From an uncultured bacterium (lineage in GTDB: Bacteria > Bacteroidota > Bacteroidia > J057 > JADKCL01): DNA of 64,000 nt. The translations under genes and the position numbers were made by a program. The stretch lies in NCBI GenBank assembly GCA_963923035.1, contig CAWUKT010000009.1:64163-128162 (forward strand), in the 5' to 3' direction. The notes under the pieces were generated by a model. That model was not told the DNA's origin. It made no database searches and worked only from the letters and a program-made list of their open reading frames with translations. How positions within the stretch are numbered: position 1 is the stretch's first letter; every line of letters starts with the position of its first letter. Of the stretch, positions 29,255 to 38,234 are shown one piece after another.

Positions 29255-30358
29255 ATGCTGAAAAAATACTTTGAGCGTCACTTTCATTTCAACCAAATCT
29301 TTGACGAAGCCCAGGAGCCGTCAAAGAATGGTATGTCTACCCCTCCCAAGCGATCCAACAAGGGCTTGGGGACGTTTATTTCCATTCTCCGTATTCTGCC
29401 CTACCTCTGCCTCGCGGCCTTTGTGACGAGCTTTTTCTGGGACGTTGGTCCCGAAGCGACGTTTTTCATTGGCCCGCTGGAGGTGACTTTCCAGGCGATC
29501 ATCCGGACCGTCGCCGTCGGCGGATTGATTGGATACGGCACGAACTGGTTGGCAATCCAAATGCTCTTTCGACCGGTCGAACGCCGGCCGATTTGGGGGC
29601 AGGGACTCATTCCCGGCCAACGTGACAAGATCATCTTCCAATTGTCCCGGGGCATCCACAAGTTCATCCTGAGCGAGGAGTTGATCCAAAAGCGAATCCA
29701 CGAATCGGGCATTATCCAGCGGGCGAATGAAATCCTGCTGGATGGCACTGAGAACCTCCTCCATGATGAGGAATTCCGCCAGGAAATCAAATCGTTGGTA
29801 CGTACCCATCTCGAGGCGAACATGGACCGCCCGGAAGTCCGGGAACGCATCATTGCCGAGATCGATGCCCGCTTGGAAGAGCGGATCAACCGCGGCTTGG
29901 GCGGATTTGTATTCAAGACCTATAAGAAATTGCGGCCGCAGGAGTACGAATCCCTGATGCACAACCTCTTGGACAGTGTACCCGATGCCGTCATCGACAT
30001 CATCCAGGAACTGGAAAAGGAGACGCCCAAGCTGACCCGCTTCCTGAAAGAGAAGCAGGAAGACATGGAACGTTTTTACCTGCGTCTTGTGGTGGATATT
30101 CTGGAGCGGATTGACATTCAGCGTCTCCTGAAAGGACAAATGGAGCACCTGGATGAGCGTGGCCTCGAAGCCATGATCCGCGGCGCCACCAACAAGCAGC
30201 TGCTCTACATTCAATATTTGGGAACCCTGCTCGGGATTTTGGGCGGTTTTCTCATTTCCAATCCGACTCCCGTTCTCATTCTCTATACCTCCTTGCTTGG
30301 TCTGTTGTACGTCGCTGACCAGGTCATTTACCGAACGCAGCACCGAGAAGTCCAATGA
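29255..30358 (+). CDS. DUF445-family membrane protein
   Basis: GYGTNWLAIQMLFRPVERRPIWGQGLIPGQRDKI is characteristic of DUF445. TM segments at both ends. Confidence 0.8.
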   Translation: MLKKYFERHFHFNQIFDEAQEPSKNGMSTPPKRSNKGLGTFISILRILPYLCLAAFVTSFFWDVGPEATFFIGPLEVTFQAIIRTVAVGGLIGYGTNWLAIQMLFRPVERRPIWGQGLIPGQRDKIIFQLSRGIHKFILSEELIQKRIHESGIIQRANEILLDGTENLLHDEEFRQEIKSLVRTHLEANMDRPEVRERIIAEIDARLEERINRGLGGFVFKTYKKLRPQEYESLMHNLLDSVPDAVIDIIQELEKETPKLTRFLKEKQEDMERFYLRLVVDILERIDIQRLLKGQMEHLDERGLEAMIRGATNKQLLYIQYLGTLLGILGGFLISNPTPVLILYTSLLGLLYVADQVIYRTQHREVQ

Positions 30359-31878
30359 GTCACCGCAATTTTCGCCAGGATCTCCTCGCCGGGGCCGCTG
30401 ATTTGGCGCCTTTTTTTCGCTACTCCATCCTCGAACCGGATTTTGAAACCCTGATTCAGGACCGAAGTCAGGTCGACATTGATCGGGATGCTTTGGTGGA
30501 AGACCTCCTGGCCCAGAATGCGCCGTTTCGGGAAGCCTCCCGGGCTACGGAGAACATTGAGTTGCTGCGTTCTCCCAAGACCTTCACGGTGACGACCGGT
30601 CACCAGCTCTCTCTGATGGGCGGGCCGATGTACATGATCTACAAGATTTCCACGATCATCAAACTCGCTCAGAATCTCTCTGAGCGCTTTCCAGACTACA
30701 ATTTTGTGCCGGTGTTTTGGATGGCGAGCGAGGACCACGATTGGGAGGAGATCAATCATTTTCACCCCAATTACCACGCAACGGTCACCTATTCCGGCCA
30801 ATTTGAAGGACCGGTTGGGCGGCATTTGCTGGAAGTTGGCATTCAGGATACCCTCGCGGACATTCCCATTGATCTGCGAAGTTGTTACGCGCCGCTGCGG
30901 AACCTCAGCGACGCCTTTCGGCAGTTGATTTTAAAGCTGTTCGGTGAACATGGATTGGTGGTTCTGGATGCGGATCGTCCCGCGTTGAAGCGTTTGTTGC
31001 TGCCCTGGATTGAGCGGGAGTTGAAGGGAGAAGGCATGGGGGCTGCGGTTCAAAAAACGACGGAGCAGTTGGAGGAATTGGGCTATAAGGCGCAGATTTT
31101 CCCCCGGGAGCTGAATCTGTTCTACATGGGCGAGGGAAAACGGGAGCTGTTGTTCCGGGAAGGAGATCGCATCCGGGTCCAAGACGGTCATGAGTCGTGG
31201 GGAGTGGGGGAGATGCTGGAAAAAGCCCGGCTGCGGCCGGAGGATTTCAGTCCGAATGTGGCCATGCGGCCGCTCTACCAGGAGATAATCCTGCCGAATT
31301 TGGTATACACGGGCGGTTGGGCCGAAGTAACGTACTGGCACCAGCTTTACGCAGGCTTTCGGGAAATGGGCGTCCATTTCCCGATGGTGCTGCCACGCAT
31401 GAGCGCGACCCTTTACCAGCCGGAGGCCGTGGCCCCTTTGTTGGCCGAAGGCCTGGGCCCCGCCGCCATCGACCGACCCCTCCACGAACTTTTCCGGGCC
31501 TACCACGACAACCACGACGATACTTCGGTTTTTGAAACCTTGTTTTCCCAGCTCGATGCTTCCTACCGGGCCTTGGCCGGGTTTATGGAAGAAACGGAGC
31601 CGACTTTGGTGCGGACGGTCCTTGGCCAGCAGCAGCGGAATGAGAAGTTTCGGGAAAATCTGCTGAAGAAATGGCGCAAAAACATCCGAAATGCCCATCC
31701 GGAACCATTTCGGAAGCTAGAGGAGGCCCAGAACGTCGTGCAACCGGAAGGTTTCAAGCAGGAGCGCTACCTGAACTTCACCCATTTCTTAAACGGCGAT
31801 TACAAGACCCTCGTCGATCTCATCCTGGACCATTGTGAACCCGAAACATTTGAGCCCCAATGGATTCCATTGCCCTGA
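30355..31878 (+). CDS. bshC: Bacillithiol biosynthesis cysteine-adding enzyme BshC
   Basis: 507 aa. TTGHQLSLMGGPMYMIYK and PVFWMASEDHDWEEINHF match conserved BshC segments. ATGA overlap with the upstream gene. Confidence 0.85.
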   Translation: MSHRNFRQDLLAGAADLAPFFRYSILEPDFETLIQDRSQVDIDRDALVEDLLAQNAPFREASRATENIELLRSPKTFTVTTGHQLSLMGGPMYMIYKISTIIKLAQNLSERFPDYNFVPVFWMASEDHDWEEINHFHPNYHATVTYSGQFEGPVGRHLLEVGIQDTLADIPIDLRSCYAPLRNLSDAFRQLILKLFGEHGLVVLDADRPALKRLLLPWIERELKGEGMGAAVQKTTEQLEELGYKAQIFPRELNLFYMGEGKRELLFREGDRIRVQDGHESWGVGEMLEKARLRPEDFSPNVAMRPLYQEIILPNLVYTGGWAEVTYWHQLYAGFREMGVHFPMVLPRMSATLYQPEAVAPLLAEGLGPAAIDRPLHELFRAYHDNHDDTSVFETLFSQLDASYRALAGFMEETEPTLVRTVLGQQQRNEKFRENLLKKWRKNIRNAHPEPFRKLEEAQNVVQPEGFKQERYLNFTHFLNGDYKTLVDLILDHCEPETFEPQWIPLP

Positions 31879-32471
31879 AAAAAAACATTCGGAAGGAGAA
31901 AAAAGCGTGGCGCAAAACGCTTTCGCCGGAGGAAAAAGCGGCCCGCGGCCAAAAGATATTTGAAAAGTGGCGGGGACGATTTTCCTTGAAGCCCATTTGC
32001 TACCTCCATCTCTACCAACCTATTACCGCCCTGCACGAGGTGGATACCCTCCCGATCCAGCGCTACGTCGATCATCGCCATACCCATGTTCGGATGGTGG
32101 TGCCGGTCGTCAATCCGCTGAAAAATCAGTTGGACCACGTGGAATTGACGCATGAGATCGAGTTGGTGGAAAATGATTGGGGGATTCCGGAGCCGAGGAT
32201 GCCCTTCAACAAGGTGTTTCCGATGGTGCTGGACATGGTATTGGTGCCCATGCTGGCATTTGACATGGCCGGGAATCGCTTGGGCTACGGGAAAGGCTTC
32301 TACGATCGCTTTCTCAGCTTGGTGCGTCCGAAATGCCTGATCGTTGGGTTGTGTTACGAAGAAGGGAAGGTGGAAACGGGCTTGCCGATCGAAAAAACGG
32401 ACATCCCTATGGACTTTGTGGTGACCGAACAGCGGGTATATCAATTTTGCGACAACTCAAAGGCGCCTTGA
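31860..32471 (+). CDS. 5-formyltetrahydrofolate cyclo-ligase
   Basis: N-terminal KKNIRKEKKAWRKTLSPEE and C-terminal MVLVPMLAFDMAGNRLGYGKGFYDRFL motifs. 19-nt overlap with bshC. Confidence 0.85.
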   Translation: MDSIALKKNIRKEKKAWRKTLSPEEKAARGQKIFEKWRGRFSLKPICYLHLYQPITALHEVDTLPIQRYVDHRHTHVRMVVPVVNPLKNQLDHVELTHEIELVENDWGIPEPRMPFNKVFPMVLDMVLVPMLAFDMAGNRLGYGKGFYDRFLSLVRPKCLIVGLCYEEGKVETGLPIEKTDIPMDFVVTEQRVYQFCDNSKAP

Positions 32472-32502
32472 CCCGTATACAATAAGGTATTATCAAAAAC
32501 CC

Positions 32503-33153
32503 ATGTACGAAGAATCTATTAACGAATACAGTTTTGACCAATTTTCTGAGTCGTATTCCATGCCTGGAATGATGGACGATTTGGAGATCGCGCAGGAACA
32601 AGCACCGGCTGAGCTGAAAAAGGAAAGCAATCAATTTGCGATTGCCGGCCTGATTACGCTGTTGTCGGGCGCTGGATTGTACCTCGCGATGAACCTGGAT
32701 AAGCTCGGTCTGGGCAGCTTGACTGCCTTGAAAGAGAATCTAATGCCATTCGTGGTCCTGGCTGGAATCGGTGGATTGGGATATGGGTTGCTGAAGGTTT
32801 GGCGGCGGGTATTCCGCAAAGGCCGGCTCAACTTCCCCAAACTTCAGATTCGGCGGAAGTTTTTCCCGAATGAGCGTCGTCAGACCCGCCAACGAAACGA
32901 TGCGCCGCGCTGGAACCAGCGCCTTCAAAACGTGGTGGGCCAAGCCCCCAACAGCAATGCTGAGCGGCTTTCTCTGTCCGAGAAAAAAGTGTTTTTGGGG
33001 GTTGCCGCTGGTCTGGCTGAAAACAGCCGCCTTCCCGTGAGCCTGATCCGGTTGCTGTTCATCGGCGCCTTCGGATTGACCGGGGGATTCGCATTGGTTC
33101 TGTATGTCCTTCTCGGAATTTTCTTGCCTTCCGGCAAAAAACTCAACTCCTGA
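32503..33153 (+). CDS. PspC domain-containing membrane protein
   Basis: C-terminal KKVFLGVAAGLAENSRLPVSLIRLLFIGAFGLTGGFALVLYVLLGIFLP is a PspC domain. Confidence 0.8.
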   Translation: MYEESINEYSFDQFSESYSMPGMMDDLEIAQEQAPAELKKESNQFAIAGLITLLSGAGLYLAMNLDKLGLGSLTALKENLMPFVVLAGIGGLGYGLLKVWRRVFRKGRLNFPKLQIRRKFFPNERRQTRQRNDAPRWNQRLQNVVGQAPNSNAERLSLSEKKVFLGVAAGLAENSRLPVSLIRLLFIGAFGLTGGFALVLYVLLGIFLPSGKKLNS

Positions 33154-33176
33154 TACCACAACGTTCCTAAATATAT

Positions 33177-33206
33177 GCCCCGCTTCTCCCTCGGAAGAAG
33201 CGGGGC
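33177..33206. terminator. Bidirectional intrinsic terminator between convergent genes
   Basis: gccccgcttct/agaagcggggc forms an 11-bp stem with an 8-nt loop. Followed by AATTTCTTTG on the plus strand and preceded by an A/T-rich tract. Confidence 0.65.
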
Positions 33207-33225
33207 AATTTCTTTGTAAGCAATT

Positions 33226-33690
33226 TTATTTACAGAGCGCGGGATAAATCACCTCATATAGCCGGGCATCGGCATCTTCCAATTCATTTTCCAACGCTTC
33301 CAGGTTCAGGGTGACTTCGTCGGGACTGCGCAACATCTCGATTACCCGGTCGTAAAACTCGATATTGCTCTCGAGCGCCTCTTCGACATCGGCACTGATA
33401 TGCTCTTCGAATCCGAAGAGGAGATTGTCTTCCACCAACATGAATTCGACCCATTCTTCGTCGTGTTGAATTTCTTCCACGAAGTGGCTCCGGTACTCTT
33501 TTTGGAAGGCGTCCAGGGAAATTTCATTCAGCGGATGGACCTCCCAATTGTCGATCAGGATGGTAATTTGGGTATGGAGGTAACCCAATCCCTGAATGGC
33601 CTGGTACTTCTTTTTCTGGGCCTGGAGGGTGAAAGCCAGGGAGAAAAACAGAATAAACAGCAGCGGGGTAAGTCGGACGGTAGGTTTCAT
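33226..33690 (-). CDS. Secreted hypothetical protein (154 aa, acidic)
   Basis: Signal peptide MKPTVRLTPLLFILFFSLAFTLQAQ. No motif recognised. Confidence 0.7.
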   Translation of the reverse strand: MKPTVRLTPLLFILFFSLAFTLQAQKKKYQAIQGLGYLHTQITILIDNWEVHPLNEISLDAFQKEYRSHFVEEIQHDEEWVEFMLVEDNLLFGFEEHISADVEEALESNIEFYDRVIEMLRSPDEVTLNLEALENELEDADARLYEVIYPALCK

Positions 33691-33828
33691 GTTGTATCGT
33701 TTCTTGGTTCTAAGTTCCTTAAATATAGGAGGTTTCCTGAGATTCCAACAAAGAAAAGGGGAGGGAGGGGGATAAAAAATGAAACCGCCCTTTGGGAGGC
33801 GGTTTGTTTGTTGGGTAGTGAGGGGCCG

Positions 33829-34239
33829 TCAGGACGTCACCTGAAGTGCGTCCAGTTTGGCCTGAAGATCAGCGGTTTGCAGAATCAAAAACTCTTGCAT
33901 TCGTATGAGCTTGATCATGAACTGCTTAACCCGATATCCGGGCCGCAACATTTCGGCCGACGGAAATCCAGGAAGATGCTGATTTTCAAGGAGAAAGCTG
34001 GCCATATCCTGCAAGTCTTCCAATTGATCCGGATGAATAATTTCCTTTTCAATATCTGCAATGAAAATATCCGAATTGTCGCCTTCGAGTTGAATCGCGA
34101 CGGATCCGTTTTCCCGCAGAACGGCCAAATTTCCATCGTAACCATTTCCGCCAATATTCATTTCAGCCGGTTCGCCGGTGATTTGAACGGTTACATTTTC
34201 TTGAGCGTTTACGATTTGAATTACGTTTTCTTGCATCAT
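33829..34239 (-). CDS. Hypothetical protein (136 aa)
   Basis: ORF in an AT-richer segment. Has a Gly/Asn-rich N-terminal half (NIGGNGYDGNLAVLRENGSVAIQLEGDNSDIF) and a helical C-terminus (LILQTADLQAKLDALQ). No signal peptide. Confidence 0.6.
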   Translation of the reverse strand: MMQENVIQIVNAQENVTVQITGEPAEMNIGGNGYDGNLAVLRENGSVAIQLEGDNSDIFIADIEKEIIHPDQLEDLQDMASFLLENQHLPGFPSAEMLRPGYRVKQFMIKLIRMQEFLILQTADLQAKLDALQVTS

Positions 34240-34488
34240 TTTAATTCAGATTACTTTTAAATGGTTAAAAAATAGCAATTGTATCTAGGTCTCAGAAAGC
34301 CGACGGCTCGCTGTGTTTGTTTAGGTTAGGTTTGCATTTTGGATGGAGAAAACAATGAATTGGGTGGGATTGAAATTGGTTTCATTGTTTTTCCCTCATC
34401 CTTCTATTATAAATATACGAAGGGGTTTTGACACCATCTGTCAAGGATGGAGGCCTTTTTAATACTTAATGAAAATAGTTTTCGATAC

Positions 34489-34515
34489 AAAAAAACCGCC
34501 CATTCACATGGGCGG
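34489..34515 (-). terminator. Intrinsic terminator of the 438-aa orphan gene
   Basis: On the minus strand: CCGCCCAT-GTGA-ATGGGCGG followed by TTTTTTTG. Lies 26 nt after the stop at 34541. Confidence 0.75.
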
Positions 34516-34540
34516 CCAACGCTTGAATAAAGGTATTCGT

Positions 34541-35857
34541 TCAATCGGTCCAGGCGGCCTTGTTCTCGGCCCGCTGCCGACGAAGTGAGGCCACTGTTTC
34601 TTCCTGGGGGATGCCCAGTTGCCCCAACCGGGCAACGAAGTTCCTGCGGTGGGCGTCGCCCATCCCGGCAATCAGGTAACCGCCGTTGTTCGCCTCGACG
34701 ACCCGGTTCCACATAACTTCTTCCCGGGCCGGGTTCATGTCTTGAAGGTCCGCGCCGAGATTCCCCGCGAGGGTCTCTCCGGCAGCTTCGAGCCGGGCAT
34801 TCCCGGATTCGTTCCCCAATTGCTGGATATAATCGGCTCCGTAGTAGTGGAACCGGACCGAGAACTCTTCCAAAATGGGCAGGTTGGCGAATTGGTTGGG
34901 CTCGCACAGCTCATAAATGCCCACCAGGTCGCTGGCATCCTTGGCCTGCATGAATGCATCGAGGATGGCCTGGTGGGCCAGATAATACTCGACCACCTTG
35001 CGGGCCGATTTCATGTAGGGACTCTCCACGAAGGTTTCCTCCTGAAATGGAAACTGGGAAAGGTCCTGGGCGATGTGGATGGCCATGGAGTAATACAAGG
35101 CGATCCGATCGCCGATGGAGTAGGAGTCGGCATCCGACCGTCCACTGTACCGCCGGCGGTCCGCCTCGGACATATTGGGGGGATCGGCCGCCATGAAACG
35201 GTTCCGGAACAAGGCGGTCCCGGTCATGGCCTTGATCACGATATTTTCCAGGTGGGGATCAAACGCGGCCCGGTTGACAAAGGGGCCGGTGTCCAGGTTG
35301 GCCTCGATCTGTTGGGTGCGGGTCCGCGTCCCATTGCCCATCTGGGCGTTGGGGATGGCGGTGGTGTCTGTGAATTCGTGGTGGGGCTCGTACACAAAGC
35401 GGGACGTCCCAAAGGCGGCGATGACGTCCGGCACATTGCCGTCGGGGTTGTGGTGGCGCTCCCCGAGGACGGTCAGCCGATCGTTGGGGAGGCGGTACCA
35501 GTAGGTCTCGCCGGATTGGGTGCGCACATCACCGATGTTGTCGGTATTCCCGTTGGCGTAGTTCTCCAACTCCGCCACGTCATTGAAGATCCGCTTGACC
35601 TCGTCACCGATCAAATCCCGGACCGGGAACCGGTTTCCGATATTTTCCTTGGACCCGCCCACCTGGTACTCGTCCTCGGCGACCCGCGTGGAGCCACCAT
35701 TGACGCGAACCTGGCGTTGAACGGGCTTGGAGTTGGGAGGGGGGAGTGAATTGCCGCCTCCCTGGGCGTCAAATGCGCTTCGTTGGAGTGGATGAGACGA
35801 CGATGCTTCTTGCTTCTGGTTCTCAGAGCTCAGCTGAAGAGGGTTTGATTCAGACAT
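34541..35857 (-). CDS. Orphan protein: disordered P-x-Q-R leader plus possible Tiki/ChaN/EreA-like domain
   Basis: MSESNPLQLSSENQKQEASSSHPLQRSAFDAQGGGNSLPPPNSKPVQRQVRV.. is followed by LTVLGERHHNPDG (GExH), and IAGMGDAHRRNFVARLGQLGIP (GxxH) lies about 270 aa later. ATG 35857 preferred over TTG 35881. Confidence 0.75.
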   Translation of the reverse strand: MSESNPLQLSSENQKQEASSSHPLQRSAFDAQGGGNSLPPPNSKPVQRQVRVNGGSTRVAEDEYQVGGSKENIGNRFPVRDLIGDEVKRIFNDVAELENYANGNTDNIGDVRTQSGETYWYRLPNDRLTVLGERHHNPDGNVPDVIAAFGTSRFVYEPHHEFTDTTAIPNAQMGNGTRTRTQQIEANLDTGPFVNRAAFDPHLENIVIKAMTGTALFRNRFMAADPPNMSEADRRRYSGRSDADSYSIGDRIALYYSMAIHIAQDLSQFPFQEETFVESPYMKSARKVVEYYLAHQAILDAFMQAKDASDLVGIYELCEPNQFANLPILEEFSVRFHYYGADYIQQLGNESGNARLEAAGETLAGNLGADLQDMNPAREEVMWNRVVEANNGGYLIAGMGDAHRRNFVARLGQLGIPQEETVASLRRQRAENKAAWTD

Positions 35858-35986
35858 GATTTTGTTTGTAGTTCTTAACAATCAATATACTAATTAATTG
35901 GAACAAAGGAGATTAGGAATGAATTCTTTGAAAAGGAGAATTGTTTTGCCCTTTGAATTTCCACCGAAAATGTCTACCTCATACCT

Positions 35987-36508
35987 ATGAACCGATGTCT
36001 CGGAATCTTGCTGGCAATTTGTTTGCTGGGAACCTTGAATGCACAAACACCGACCATGAAGCCCATTCCTGACGGCTGGAGCCATTTTGCATGGAATACC
36101 CCGAAGTCCCAAATTGAAGTCGAATTGCAAGAAAAAGGTTGGGTTGTTGAACCTGACTACGGAGACCCTTTTTACAGCACCATTACCCGGACCCAAAATG
36201 AGGGTTGGGACATCCGTTTGGAGTATGACGATGCCGCGGAATTGTGCCTGGTGACCATGACCCAAAGTTTCGACATTGTGAGTGGAGAGGAGGCCTATCA
36301 AGCGGCTAAATCTGCCCAGGTTGATTTGCAGGAAGAGCTGGGGGAAGCCCATCAAATTGTGCCGGGCTCTCATCCGGATGTATCACGTTGGATATGGGAA
36401 AGTGAGACAACCAGGGTACTGGCGACCTTTGACCTGGAGAGCAAGATCATCGACGAAATGGGGGCAGGGGCTTTCGAAATAGAAGTGGTCTATACCCGAA
36501 TAGATTGA
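35987..36508 (+). CDS. Secreted hypothetical protein (173 aa)
   Basis: Signal peptide MNRCLGILLAICLLGTLNAQ. Divergent from the 438-aa orphan gene. No motif recognised. Confidence 0.7.
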   Translation: MNRCLGILLAICLLGTLNAQTPTMKPIPDGWSHFAWNTPKSQIEVELQEKGWVVEPDYGDPFYSTITRTQNEGWDIRLEYDDAAELCLVTMTQSFDIVSGEEAYQAAKSAQVDLQEELGEAHQIVPGSHPDVSRWIWESETTRVLATFDLESKIIDEMGAGAFEIEVVYTRID

Positions 36509-36831
36509 GGTGCAATTGTTTTTGCCCTATTTCCTTTCAGGGGGCCAGACCCGATTGGAGCATTCCGACCTCGCTCCAGACACTCAAAACGACGGACGCG
36601 ATGTTTATCTCCTTGCTTATCAACGTTTAACATGACTCGTGTGGATTTTTTTCGTTTTGAGTTGTCATTTTTTGCAACTATATTATTTCAAAGGTCGTAA
36701 TAAGTGATGAACTACAAGCGGTTTACCCTAGCTACCGCGTACTGCTCTGAGACCATTTGAATAGACCTATGTAGGACGTTTTATGGCGAAGTTTCGTCAT
36801 GGGTATTAAGATAACTGGAGGATCGAATATT

Positions 36832-37410
36832 ATGGCACACGTATTAGTCGTAGGAGGAACTGGAATGCTCAGAAATGTGTCCCTTTTCCTCGCCGAACAT
36901 GACAACATTGTTAGTGTAGTAGCCCGGAATGAAGATCGTCTCCGAACACTGATCGAAGACGCGAATGAACTGCCGGGTAAAATTAATCCCATTCAAGTCG
37001 ATTATCGTCACACAGAGGACCTCTTGAAGGGCCTCCGCCAAGCAACAGTTGAGCACGGCCCCATCATTATGGTGGTCAATTGGATGAGTGCGGATGCCAT
37101 GGAGGCTTCGGACATTGTCGCTGGAATGGTGAACAAGTATTCTCCCATCTGTCGGTTTTTTCAGGTCATTGACAACCACGCCGGGATGGAAGAGGAATAC
37201 GAACGCTTTTTCAGCCAGCCTTTCCCTGAGATGCCCCGGGTCCTGTACCGGACCATTACGTTGGGACTCAAGGTGGAGGAGGGAGGCATGCAACGCCTTC
37301 TCAATCCGAAGGAAGTATGTGATGGAATCATCGATGCGGTCCGCAACGACCGCCGGAATCACACTGTGGGAACTCCCGAGACTTCGGGCGTTCGAACACA
37401 ATCGGCTTGA
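36832..37410 (+). CDS. Short Rossmann-fold NAD(P)-binding protein (SDR-like)
   Basis: MAHVLVVGGTGMLRNVSLFLAE.. has a GxxGxxG-type dinucleotide loop. Only 192 aa, and no clear YxxxK motif seen. Confidence 0.7.
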   Translation: MAHVLVVGGTGMLRNVSLFLAEHDNIVSVVARNEDRLRTLIEDANELPGKINPIQVDYRHTEDLLKGLRQATVEHGPIIMVVNWMSADAMEASDIVAGMVNKYSPICRFFQVIDNHAGMEEEYERFFSQPFPEMPRVLYRTITLGLKVEEGGMQRLLNPKEVCDGIIDAVRNDRRNHTVGTPETSGVRTQSA

Positions 37411-37437
37411 TTGCCCTCTAATCAGGAAAAAAATATC

Positions 37438-37465
37438 AAGGCTTCCCCGCGGAAGCCTTTTTTTG
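37438..37465 (+). terminator. Intrinsic terminator
   Basis: aaggcttcc-CCGC-ggaagcctt forms a perfect 9-bp stem, followed by TTTTTTG. Confidence 0.75.
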
Positions 37466-37502
37466 TAACCATTTGCTTCCTGTCCGTTCTCCAGTAAAAG
37501 CC

Positions 37503-38234
37503 ATGTTGTACACTGGACTTTGCTGTCTCTTCTTTTTGCTTGTCCATCCCCAGACCCCAATTGACGATCCCCGCCAAAATCCTTATCTGGGCGCGGCTAC
37601 TCCCGGTGACTATACCGAGATGAAGGCCAATATCCTCCACGAGCAAGCCCGTCTCCAATGCGAGTTCGCCGCCGCCGGAACGGATGGCAAGGCAGAAATT
37701 CGTAACCAGGCCAGAACCTATGTTTTCAAGGAGTTGGAGGACAACCTGATTCCTTCCTGGTACGGCACAGAATGGGATTTCAATGGCATCAGCGAAACTC
37801 CCCGGGAAGGGCAGATTGCCTGTGGCTATTTTGTGTCGACGCTCCTGAGGGATGCGGGATTCAAACTGGAGCGGTACCGACTGGCCCAGCAGGCGGCGCT
37901 GTACATCGTGCGCTCCCTGGCACCCGCGGAGGACCGTTTGGATTGGTCGGGCCTCAGTACGGTGGAGCTGGCGGAGAAGATGAAGGCCCAACGGTCCGGC
38001 TTCTATGTGGTGGGATTGGACAACCACGTCGGATTCCTGCTCTTGGATGCGCAAAAGGAATTGTGGTTCCTGCATTCGAGCTATGGCGATCCTGCGGTGG
38101 TGGTGCGGGAAAAAGCGGTTGAATCACCGGTATTGAGCTGGTCAAACCGGTTTGTGATGGGCTTTTTGGAGACAGATTGGTTGGTGGAAAAATGGCTGCG
38201 GGGAGAAAAAATCACTACCCAGAAACCCGGTTAG
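37503..38234 (+). CDS. Secreted hypothetical protein with possible papain-like Cys/His pair
   Basis: Signal peptide MLYTGLCCLFFLLVHPQ. GQIACGYFVSTLLRDAG and a later DNHVGFLLL resemble an NlpC/P60-like Cys...His arrangement. This is motif-level evidence only. Confidence 0.65.
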   Translation: MLYTGLCCLFFLLVHPQTPIDDPRQNPYLGAATPGDYTEMKANILHEQARLQCEFAAAGTDGKAEIRNQARTYVFKELEDNLIPSWYGTEWDFNGISETPREGQIACGYFVSTLLRDAGFKLERYRLAQQAALYIVRSLAPAEDRLDWSGLSTVELAEKMKAQRSGFYVVGLDNHVGFLLLDAQKELWFLHSSYGDPAVVVREKAVESPVLSWSNRFVMGFLETDWLVEKWLRGEKITTQKPG

